DNA of 53,297 nt, taken from Candidatus Micrarchaeum sp. (GTDB lineage Archaea > SpSt-1190 > DYHY01). The position numbers and the translations under genes were made by a program. The notes below the pieces were generated by a model. The model was not told the DNA's origin and made no database searches. It saw nothing but the letters and a program-made list of their open reading frames with translations. The stretch spans positions 1 through 53,297 of the forward strand of contig DYHY01000007.1 in NCBI GenBank assembly GCA_020723935.1, written 5' to 3'. The number at the start of each line of letters is the position of its first letter. Position 1 is the stretch's first letter. Below are positions 38,988-47,736 of the stretch, one piece after another.

Positions 38988-39160
38988 GTTTCCAGGCGAA
39001 ACAGGGGTTTTTATTGTTTGTTGCTGCCTGTCCCCTGCTTCCGGTGGAACTCTTTCGGAAAACCTTCGTTTCCGGTGGAACTCTCCCGTGTTTTTCCTGT
39101 GGAGGGATTTTTTCAAATGGCTTACTTACTTATCTTTTCTATATGGAAAACTATATAATT
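38988..39160. promoter_or_regulatory. Chromosomal replication origin (oriC) with ORB repeats and AT-rich tract
   Basis: ORB-like boxes: + GTTTCCAGGCGAAACAGGGGT (38988-39008); - GTTCCACCGGAAGCAGGGGA (39031-39050); - GTTCCACCGGAAACGAAGG (39063-39081); - TCCACAGGAAAAACACGGG (39085-39103); AT-rich 39107-39160; directly upstream of cdc6. Confidence 0.85.
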
Positions 39161-39207
39161 GAACGAGGTGGCTGCCAGAAACCCGAAAACCGAAGAGAAG
39201 CCAAGGG

Positions 39208-39961
39208 GTGAGTTCAAACGGGAGAAAACAGCGCAGGAACCCGAGAAGAGGGGGCAAGATCAAGGAAGGACAAGCTCTTCTTCCGGGGCGCCTTCGACCA
39301 CTGGCACAAGGGACACGACCATTTCCTCGCCTCGGTCGCCGGCTTCGGCAAGCCGGTCGTTGCCGGGCTCCTTGATCAGGAGAATGCCGCGACCCAGGAC
39401 ATTGACACCCGCAAAGCCGCCCTCGAGAAGCACCTCGCCACCCTCGGAGTCCCGCATGAAATCGTCCCATCGGGCCCGGAACTGAAAGCAGCCCTGCGCG
39501 ACGACCTCCAGTTCTTCGCCTTCGCGCCCGACGAAAAATCCTTCGCCGAGGAGGTCAACTCCCGCCGGGCAAAGGCGAGCAAAGCCTCCCTGATTTTTAT
39601 CGAAATCCCGCCCTACCTGGCCGAGGACAGGCAGCCCCTTTCCTCCACGCGAATTAGGGAGGGGATAATCGACAAAGAGGGCAAGGTCGTCAGGACGCAC
39701 AAGCTCCCCAAGACCAAGAGTACAATAAGGAACAATTTCGTCGAGCTCTTCCTCGAGGCTGACGGGCCCATCTACGGCTACCAGATCAACAAGAAGTACG
39801 TTCGCAGGTACGGCAGGATTTCCCTGCGCCTGACCTACTACCACCTGGCAAAGGGCGTCAAGGAGGGCTTGTTCCGGATCAGGGAGACGAAGACCCATTC
39901 CGGCGGCTATTCCTGGGGACCCAACTCCGAGAGGGTGTATTACGAGCTCGCCGGCGCCTGA
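39208..39961 (+). CDS. Phosphopantetheine adenylyltransferase (CoaD)-like domain fused to a C-terminal winged-helix domain; no in-frame start; absent from ORF track
   Basis: Stop-free frame 39212-39958: 'GAFDHWHKGH' (HxGH), 'EEVN..R', 'LAEDRQPLSSTRIREGIIDKEG', then 'IRNNFVELF...YGYQINKKY...SLRLTYYHLAKGVKEGLF...GYSWG...ERVYYEL'. Confidence 0.78.
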
Positions 39962-40028
39962 CCCCAAACAAGAACGGGAAACTCCCCCTATTCAAGCATA
40001 AATATCCCCCTTCCCGCCCGGGCGGGCA

Positions 40029-41399
40029 GTGGAACTGGAACTCAAACTGAAGGGGGCGCTTTCCCGCACGGCCGAAGCCCTCCGCGTGCTGGAAAACCCC
40101 CGGGTGATCACCCACCTGGACGCCGACGGGGTGACGAGCGGGTCGATAGTCTTCAAGACTCTCCAGCTTCTCGGCAAGAACCCCAAAATCGTCGCTATCC
40201 GCCAGCTCGACCCGGGCACTCTTTCGAGCGTTCCCGCCGAAGGCACATTCGTCCTTGTCGACCTAGGAAGCGGCCAGCTCCCGCTCCTCCAGCATGTCAA
40301 GGGCCCCGGAGTGATACTCGACCACCACGAGCCGGCAGGCCAAGTTCCGCCGGGAATAACCCATTTCAACGCCCACGAGCAGGGCCTCGACAGCTCCAAG
40401 GAGATCTCCTCAAGCGGCCTCGCATACCTAGTCTCGCGCGAGCTCGTTGATGCGCCTGAATTAATCCCCTTGGCGATAACGGGCGCCGTCGGCGACGTCC
40501 AGGCCCATAACGGCCTGGTCGGCCTCAACAGGAAGATCCTTGAAGAGGGGGTGAAAGCGGGGATTGTCCAGGCACGCCACGGCCTCCCGTTCTTCGGCAG
40601 GGAAACCAAGCCCGTGGAAGTGTTCCTGAGCTATGCCGCGGACCCCTACCTCCCGGGCCTAACCGGAAGCCTTTCCGCCTGTAGGGAATTCCTCGAAAAG
40701 CTTCGCATTGATCCCTCATTCCCCTACAATTCCCTCCCCTCTTCCGACGTCTCGAGGCTCGTCACGGCGCTGCACGAGCACGCCATCCAGACAGGCCTTG
40801 AGCCCTGGAAGATGAAGCGTCTCGTCTCGGAATTCTACATCTTCCCGCGGGAAACCGAGCGGACGGAAGTGCGTGACGCGACCGAGTTCGCAACCCTTCT
40901 CAACGCCTGCGGGCGTAACGAGGACTGGAGGACTGCCATCGACATATGTCTGGGCGATCGGGGCGATGCCTATGCGCGCGCAAAAACCCTCCTCGCCCAG
41001 CACCGGGAAAACCTCAAGCGCGGCCTCTCCGAGCTTGTCGAAAAGGGCGCAAAACCCGTCGGAAAGCACGTCCAACTCTTCTTCTCCCCCTTGACGAAGG
41101 CCACGATCATAGGAGTCGTCATTGGGATGGCAATCGGCGGCCGCCTCGTCGACCACGACCGAGTGATCCTCGGAGCCGCCGAGCAAGACGAGAAGACCCT
41201 GAAGATTTCCGCGCGCGGGACAGCAGACCTGGTCCGGACGGGCCTGAATCTCTCCTCAGCCGTCCGGGAGGCCGCGGCGACAGTGGGCGGCGTCGGCGGA
41301 GGCCACAACATCGCGGCCGGCGCCACGGTCCCCAAGGGCAGGCTGGACGAGTTCGCGGAGAGACTGGACGAAGCAATCGGGAAACAGATGAGATACTAG
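40029..41399 (+). CDS. RecJ-family DHH phosphoesterase (archaeal RecJ/GAN-like)
   Basis: 'HLDADG', 'DLGSG', 'DHH', 'GAVGD', 'LLNACGR', DHHA1 'GGGH.IAAG'. Confidence 0.92.
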   Translation: MELELKLKGALSRTAEALRVLENPRVITHLDADGVTSGSIVFKTLQLLGKNPKIVAIRQLDPGTLSSVPAEGTFVLVDLGSGQLPLLQHVKGPGVILDHHEPAGQVPPGITHFNAHEQGLDSSKEISSSGLAYLVSRELVDAPELIPLAITGAVGDVQAHNGLVGLNRKILEEGVKAGIVQARHGLPFFGRETKPVEVFLSYAADPYLPGLTGSLSACREFLEKLRIDPSFPYNSLPSSDVSRLVTALHEHAIQTGLEPWKMKRLVSEFYIFPRETERTEVRDATEFATLLNACGRNEDWRTAIDICLGDRGDAYARAKTLLAQHRENLKRGLSELVEKGAKPVGKHVQLFFSPLTKATIIGVVIGMAIGGRLVDHDRVILGAAEQDEKTLKISARGTADLVRTGLNLSSAVREAAATVGGVGGGHNIAAGATVPKGRLDEFAERLDEAIGKQMRY

Positions 41400-41476
41400 G
41401 AAAAGCTTTCCATATCCAGCCAAACATCGGCAAACTTGAAACTAACCTTAAAAGCCGCATTTTCTCTACCTCAAAA

Positions 41477-41839
41477 ATGGACGAACAAATCACTATTACT
41501 GAACTTAAGCAGAAAATCAAACTATTTTGTGAGGAAAGAGACTGGGACCAATACCACAACGCGAAGGAGCTTGCAATAGGCGTAATAACCGAGGCTGCGG
41601 AGCTTCTCGATCCATTCCGATTCAAGTCGCCTCAAGAAGTAGACGCCATGTTCAAGGATTCACAGAAACGCGAACAAATATCCGAGGAAATGGCAGCTGT
41701 CTTCTATTTCCTCATCAGGTTGGCACAAAAATATGACATAGACCTTTCATCTGAGCTTGTCAGAAAGCTCGAGAAGAACCACAAGAAATACCCTGTCAAC
41801 AAGGCCAAAGGATCAAACAAGAAGTACACGGAGCTGTGA
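41477..41839 (+). CDS. MazG-like nucleotide pyrophosphohydrolase (DCTPP1/RS21-C6 type)
   Basis: 'F..ERDW.QYH..K.LA....EAAEL', 'EEMA.V..FL', 'K..KN..KYP', 'KY.EL'. Confidence 0.88.
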   Translation: MDEQITITELKQKIKLFCEERDWDQYHNAKELAIGVITEAAELLDPFRFKSPQEVDAMFKDSQKREQISEEMAAVFYFLIRLAQKYDIDLSSELVRKLEKNHKKYPVNKAKGSNKKYTEL

Positions 41840-41842
41840 CTA

Positions 41843-43719
41843 ATGAGTCTCCAAAAAGATTCTATTATATTATATGAAGGCTCAATTGAACAGTTCAAAC
41901 AAGATGTCTTGTGCAGTCGGTTGATCGATATCTTAAGCGAAAACTATCGGAGATTCTACGGAGGAGTGAACCCTAGAGAGGCCCGCGCTTGGACAAATTC
42001 CTTACGCTGCGTGAAGGATGCATTCGAGATAGCTGAACTATCTAGAAATTATGTTGTCGTTGAGTACTGCCTTCCACACGCTTCCGGTAGAATAGATGTG
42101 CTTGTCTTCGGCAAAGACAGAACAGATTCTGAACACGTTGTACTCTTGGAGTTAAAACAGTGGTCGAATGACAGCATTTCGTCGTCTCCTATAGAGAAGA
42201 ATCTAATTGTCAACTACGGAACGTTCAAAAAGCCGTCGGAACATCCAGCACTTCAAGTCAAGTCCTAAGATACGACAGTTACCTTCGCAATTTCAAAGAA
42301 GTCTTTCAAGACAACTCAATATATCTCAGTTCCTGTGCGTATCTCCACAACTATTCGAGAACCACAGACAAGTTAATCTTTACGAAGCAGTTTGAAGAGC
42401 CGTTAACTAAGTTTCCCGTTTTTGCCAAAGAGGATGTAAAAATACTAGGCCAGTTTCTGAAACAACGACTTGAAGCAGGCTCCGGTCTGGAAGTTTTCGG
42501 CAAGTTCTCGAAGAGTCCGACAAAACCTTCGATGTATCTCCTAGACAACACAGCGAAGCTTCTCAAACGACAACGCCTTTTCACATTGATTGATGAGCAA
42601 GGCGTTGTCGAAAATACCATAATCCAAAAGGCCAAAGAGCTGGCAGGCACGCAAAAGAAAAGCGTAATTATAGTGAAAGGCGGGCCCGGAACTGGAAAGT
42701 CTGTGATTGCACTAGATGCAATGGCGGAAATAATGAAGATGGGTATTGAAGTTTACCATGCAACCGGGTCCTCTGCCTTCACGAAAAATGTCAGAGACAT
42801 AGTCGGACCCACCGCCTCGCCCTTCTTCAAGTTCTTCTATAATTTCACAAAAACGTCCGACGACCAGATCCCCGTTTTAATCTGCGACGAAGCCCATCGT
42901 ATCAGAAAAAACAGTAGCGACTGGGGTGTTCCGCTCCAGTTCAAGTCTAAGGTACCCCAAATTAACGACCTAATTAGACCCGCCCGTCTTTCAATATTCT
43001 TTCTGGACGAACGCCAAGTTGTCAGGCCGAACGAAATAGGGAGTATTGAACTCATCAAAACTGCAGCGAAGAATCTCGGCGTAGCGAACGAAGAGATTTT
43101 TGAATTTGAATTAACCACCCAGTTCAGGTGCGGAGGATCCGTTTCATATCTCCAATGGCTAGAGAATGTACTCGGAATGAATGAAAGTGACAAAACATAC
43201 TTGACCAAGGAAGACCGTATTCAGTTCACTATAGTGGACAACCCAGTCGAATTGAAACGACTAATGGATGAAAAGAACAATGAACTTAAAAATTCTGCTC
43301 GGATTGTTGCCGGATTCTGTTGGCCATGGAGCGAGCCGAGACCAGATGGAACACTTGTGGATGATGTTGTCATTGGAACTTTTAGAATGCCTTGGGAGAA
43401 GAAAGACGAGTTTTGGAGGTGGGCCCGGCACGATTCAGGCATGGAACAAGTAGGGACCGTTTACACCGCGCAAGGATTCGAATTCGACTACATTTTTGTG
43501 ATTTTCTCCGACGACTTGACATACAACAGCAAAACTCTTTCTTGGGAAGCGCATCCCGAGAAGTCGTATGATGCTATGGCCAAACGCGGGAATGACAGAT
43601 TCGACGAGCACCTGAAAAACATTTATCGCGTCCTTCTCTCCCGCGCCCATAAGGGTGTCTACGTATATTTTACCGACAAAGAGACTGAATCATTTTTCAA
43701 ATCAAGAATTTCAAATTAG
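41843..43719 (+). pseudogene. DUF2075 (Schlafen-like SF1 helicase/ATPase) with N-terminal PD-(D/E)xK-like nuclease; split by a 5-nt insertion at 42266-42270
   Basis: 'EY.LP....RID', 'ELKQW', 'HP..QV', 'AYLHN', Walker A 'GGPGTGKS', 'DEAHR', 'TAQGFEF', 'YRVLLSRA'; removing TAAGA gives one 623-aa ORF. Confidence 0.82.
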
Positions 43720-43763
43720 TTGACGCCGTCATGAAGTTTGTTCGCAGCCGTTCGAGCTCAGTT

Positions 43764-44717
43764 CTATCTCGACTCTATCTCCATCCGCTCGAACCCGGCC
43801 GCCGCCGCGGCGAGGAGGATGACCGCCATCCCGGTCCAGAGGAGCAGGGAGACCGCCGGCGCGACGTAGGCGACGGGGGAAAGAGGAGTCCTTGACATCG
43901 CCCCGATGTCCTTGTCGTAGAGGGTCCCACCGCCGAGGGGAAGACGCCCGTGAACTGCCCGATGATCGACTGGATATCTAGAATTATGCGCATCGTCTTG
44001 ACGCCGTCCAGGAGGGAGAAATAGGCATTCCCCCTGTGATATTTCAGGTCCACCATGTAGAGGCTGCGGCTCCCGTAGAGCGGTCCCAGGAACCCCCGCA
44101 TCGTCCCGAAGCCCAGGAAGACGAAGAGGGCGATCCCCGCCAAGAACACGATCGCATTCGTCCTGTTCCGGAGCAGGGCGGAAAGCGAGAGGGAGAGCGC
44201 GCCGAAGACAAAGGAAGGCGACGAAGAGCGAGTGCAGGAAGACCCCCGGCACGAGCGAGAGGAGCTTCCCTAGGACCAGCATGTCCGTCCCGAGGATCGA
44301 GTGCATCTTGAGCGCGGAGAGGAGGATTGCCGCAAGCTCGAGAACGGCCGCGTTCAGGAGGAAGGCGAGGAACTTGCCGAGCAATATCTCGTGCCGCCGG
44401 ACGGGCTTGCTCACCAGGAGGAGGAGGAGCGTCCCGTCCTCCTTCGCGACAAAGCAAGCCGCCGCAGGTGACCGCGGAGAGGATCGCGAGAGGCACCCTG
44501 GCCGTCCAGAGGAAGGAGAGCACGATGAAGATCCCGGAAACGAACTGCGCCTGCATCGCGAGCAGGAGCTTCGCGAACGGGACTCCCGCAACGCCCGATC
44601 CGGCCAGCGCGGCGGAAGCTATTGCCGGCGCAACGAGGAGGATCGCCAAGTATGCGAGCGGCCTCCTGGCCGACGAGATGTCGCGGAGGGTCTTGGAGAA
44701 TATCACGTGCGCCCTCA
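43764..44717 (-). pseudogene. ABC-2 type transporter permease with multiple frameshifts
   Basis: Fragments in three frames: 'VIFSKTLRD', 'AKEDGTL.LLVSKPVRR.EILLGKF', 'FERMEI'. Confidence 0.7.
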
Positions 44718-45023
44718 GTTCTTCCCCCCCGTCCCCGAATGCGACGCCGGTCACGGGGCTAGCAGTCTGGACGAACGTCCGCAAGGTCTTCCCAATTCCG
44801 AAGACATACACCCCCGCCGAAGTAAGTCCCGACAAGGACGTCCTTCTCGCCCGGCGCGAGCTCCTCGACAGCCAGCCCTTCCGCCGTCAGGCAGGCGCCC
44901 GGAAATCCTGGTCTGGACGAGCTCCTTGCTGGCGGCAAGCGCGGGCGCCGCCGGAAGGACCAGCACGCAGGCAGCAAAAACGGCACAAGTAAGAAGCAGA
45001 ACCGATTGCCTGGTGCCCCGCAC
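44718..45023 (-). pseudogene. Remnant of a secreted protein (signal peptide plus beta-propeller-like start), frameshifted and truncated
   Basis: Signal-like 'LLLTCAVFAACVLVLPAAPALAA', then fragments 'GEKDVLVGT' and 'GVYVFG' in shifting frames, running into the permease. Confidence 0.4.
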
Positions 45024-45070
45024 CCCGCCCAAGCGGTCCCGCCGATATATAAACAAACTGCGACAGCCCG

Positions 45071-45766
45071 CTATTTCCGCGGCCGCTTCAGAACCAGTTC
45101 CTTTTCAGGGGCGTCCGCCTTCAGGTTCGCCACGATCTTCTCCGCGACATCCGCGGGATCCATGAAATCCTCCCAGTCCGCGGGCTTCTTCTCGTCGTGG
45201 AAGTTCGTCCGCATCCCGCCCGGATAGACCGCGATCACGCGGACGCCCTCCCGCTCCGCCTCCAGGGCGAGCAACTTGGTGTAGCCGTCCGCCGCGAACT
45301 TGCTCGCGCAGTATGCGGGCGAGCGCTCCTGGCCCTTGAGGGCGACGGTCGATATTATGTTCACTATCGTCCCGCGGTTGTCCTGCCCGGCCATCCGCGA
45401 AAGCGCCGCCTTGGATCCGTTCATCAACCCGAAGACGTTCACCCCGAACATGTCCCGCACGCGCGCCATGTCGAGGTCCTTCGTCCCCTGGGGGATCCAG
45501 ACGCCGGCGTTGTTGACCCAGATGTCGATGCAGCCGAACCGGGATACTGCCTCGTTTGCGAGCTTTTCTACATCCTTTTCAACCGAAACGTCGGCGACGA
45601 AGAAGAAGGGAAAGACGCCAATTTTCGCCGCGGCTGCTTCCAAATCCACCCGCCCCCGGGAGGAAATGACGACCCGGGCGCCTTCCTTGACGAGCTCCTC
45701 GGCAAGGCACAAACCGAGGCCCTTGCTCGCGCCGGTGACGACCGCGACCTTTCCCCGAAGCTCCAT
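45071..45766 (-). CDS. Short-chain dehydrogenase/reductase
   Basis: 'TGASKGLG', 'NNAG', 'YCASK'. Confidence 0.92.
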   Translation of the reverse strand: MELRGKVAVVTGASKGLGLCLAEELVKEGARVVISSRGRVDLEAAAAKIGVFPFFFVADVSVEKDVEKLANEAVSRFGCIDIWVNNAGVWIPQGTKDLDMARVRDMFGVNVFGLMNGSKAALSRMAGQDNRGTIVNIISTVALKGQERSPAYCASKFAADGYTKLLALEAEREGVRVIAVYPGGMRTNFHDEKKPADWEDFMDPADVAEKIVANLKADAPEKELVLKRPRK

Positions 45767-45787
45767 CAGAACAAGCCTCTCCTTCTT

Positions 45788-46447
45788 TCAAGCGAGGAAC
45801 CCGAGCGCCTTGGCCCCTTCCTGAACGCCCACGAAGATGAACTGTACCGCTATCCCCGCTAGCATCAGGCCCATCACCCGCGTGAAGACCTTGCTCGCTA
45901 TGGGGCCGATCCTCTCGAAGAAGCCCTGCCCGAACTCCAGGATGAGCCAGGATGCGACGAAGACCAAAGGCAGGCACACGAGGACGACAGTCTTCTGCTC
46001 GACACTCGAAGCCGAGTCAAAGAGCACTATCCCCGTCGTTATCGCGCCCGGGCCCGTGAGCAAGGGGATTGCTAGCGGCGTCACGACCACGTCGTCCATC
46101 TCCTTTGCCACCTCCTTGTCGTCGTGGGAGTGTTCCGTCTTGGATTTCTGCCCGTAGAGCATCTCTATCGACACGAGGAAGAGGAGAATTCCTCCCGCTA
46201 TCCTGAACGCGTACATCTGCACGCCCATGAGGGAGAAGACGGCCTTGCCTGCGAACGAGAGTATGAAGAGGACGAGGCCCGCGACGAAGACGGCCTCCCT
46301 GATTATCCTCTTCCTGTCACCCTCTTTCTTGCCGGCGAGGATTGCCTGGAAGATGGGGACGTTCGCTATCGGATCGACTATCAGGAAGAGCATCGTGAAG
46401 GCGTAGAGCGCGAAGCCGAAATCGACCATTCTGGCGTCGATATGCAC
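45788..46447 (-). CDS. MarC family membrane protein
   Basis: 'IVDP..NVP.F', 'FRIAGGILL', 'PLAIPLLTGPGAI', 'RVMGL.L..IAVQ'. Confidence 0.92.
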   Translation of the reverse strand: MHIDARMVDFGFALYAFTMLFLIVDPIANVPIFQAILAGKKEGDRKRIIREAVFVAGLVLFILSFAGKAVFSLMGVQMYAFRIAGGILLFLVSIEMLYGQKSKTEHSHDDKEVAKEMDDVVVTPLAIPLLTGPGAITTGIVLFDSASSVEQKTVVLVCLPLVFVASWLILEFGQGFFERIGPIASKVFTRVMGLMLAGIAVQFIFVGVQEGAKALGFLA

Positions 46448-46461
46448 CTCCGAAGCTATAT

Positions 46462-46925
46462 TTAGTGCTTTGTGCGGCCCTCTCCCGCCGCCGCAGCGAG
46501 CTCCACCACCGTCCCGGGCGCCCCCCGGAACGGCGCGACCGAGACGGAGAGCACCCTGAACAGGCCGCCCTTGCGCTTCAGCATTGCCTCCGCGGTCCTG
46601 GGGTAGAACATCGCGTTGTCGTAGATGAAGACGTGCTCCTTGACGGACGATCCGACCTTCGCGCCCAAAAGGCGAGGTCGTCTTGGATCTCCGCCACGCC
46701 CGTCGGGTCGTCCGGAATCTTGCCCTCGGCAGCCTCTCGCGGGGTCGCGGCGCATGTCAGATACCAGTACACCCTGTATCTGTCGTACTTCTCGAGAAGA
46801 TGGCACATCCTCGTCTTCCCCACCGCGTTCGCCCCGACCAATTGGACTGGCCCCTTGCGGGAGTCAAGGACCCTCACGACCGCTTCCCAATCGTCCGGAC
46901 CCACTAAAACACGTTCCTGAGCCAT
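46462..46925 (-). pseudogene. Small P-loop NTPase-like protein, frameshifted near 46667-46670
   Basis: Walker A 'GANAVGKT' in one frame, Walker B-like 'VFIYD' in another; switch at a T4 run. Confidence 0.5.
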
Positions 46926-47034
46926 GCAAGCAAACGCGCGTTTTTCGGTTTTAGGATTTCCGCGACCCTTCCGCCGTGGCTAGGAAGCGTCCCCCTCCCG
47001 CCAGAACGAAGGGAATGCTCCGCGCGCCGGCCGC

Positions 47035-47736
47035 TTATTTCGCGACTGTGGAGGAGGGCGAATCGGCGCCGGATTTTCCCGGCCTGTCCGTCCACCAAAG
47101 CCAAGTGAGCCAGGCAAGCAGGATCGCCGCTATCATCCCAAACTTCCAGAGGATCGCGTGGACGAGGCCCACGAGTTCCGGACGGGCCACCCCGTAGAGG
47201 AGTATGACGACGAGCCGGGCGATGTTGGTTGCGTAGATCACCGGAACGCCCACGACAATCCCAGCAAGCCTCTTCCAGCCGTTCCGTCCGGGGGTGGCGA
47301 GGACGAGCGCGGCGAAGGCGAACATGTCCTTCCAAGCGACGCAGGCCTCGATGATCTCAAGTATCACCGTCCCAGCCCGGACAAGGTACCCATCCGCGAC
47401 CGCCTGGACGCCCAAATAACCCGAAATCGCCGCGACCTGCCGGGCGATTGAGACCTGCGCCCAGGTGAAATCGGCCTTCATATAGAGGAGAAGGTAGACT
47501 GGCAGGGAAAGGAACGTGAACTTGATCAAGAAGAGGGAAATCGTCCTCCACTCGGCAAGTATCCTCCTCCTCCCCCTCCTCCTCGCCGCCGAAATGCCGT
47601 CACGGACGTCCTTGGGCCCCGGAAGCTTGGAGAAGGGAGGAAAGAGCAGTACCCTGACGAGATCAGCTCGAGGAGGCGACGAACCTGAGGTAGGCCTGGT
47701 TCCAGCGCCTTTCCTCGTCCCTCGAGAGCATACCAT
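47035..47736 (-). CDS. Exosortase/archaeosortase family membrane protein
   Basis: TM segments with 'IIEACVAW' (Cys), 'NIARL' (Arg), 'VHAILW' (His); start uncertain. Confidence 0.8.
   Translation of the reverse strand: MVCSRGTRKGAGTRPTSGSSPPRADLVRVLLFPPFSKLPGPKDVRDGISAARRRGRRRILAEWRTISLFLIKFTFLSLPVYLLLYMKADFTWAQVSIARQVAAISGYLGVQAVADGYLVRAGTVILEIIEACVAWKDMFAFAALVLATPGRNGWKRLAGIVVGVPVIYATNIARLVVILLYGVARPELVGLVHAILWKFGMIAAILLAWLTWLWWTDRPGKSGADSPSSTVAK

Larger units (their letters stand above)
41400..43740. mobile_element. Low-GC horizontally acquired two-gene island; no integrase or transposase seen
   Basis: Hand-counted 60-nt lines give 37-48% GC against about 55-70% in host genes; codon usage differs. 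Confidence 0.65.

Noticed and set aside
41396-43765. Terminal repeats bounding the low-GC island
   Set aside because: Only a 7-nt inverted match (CAAACTT/AAGTTTG) and a small hairpin were found, compatible with chance
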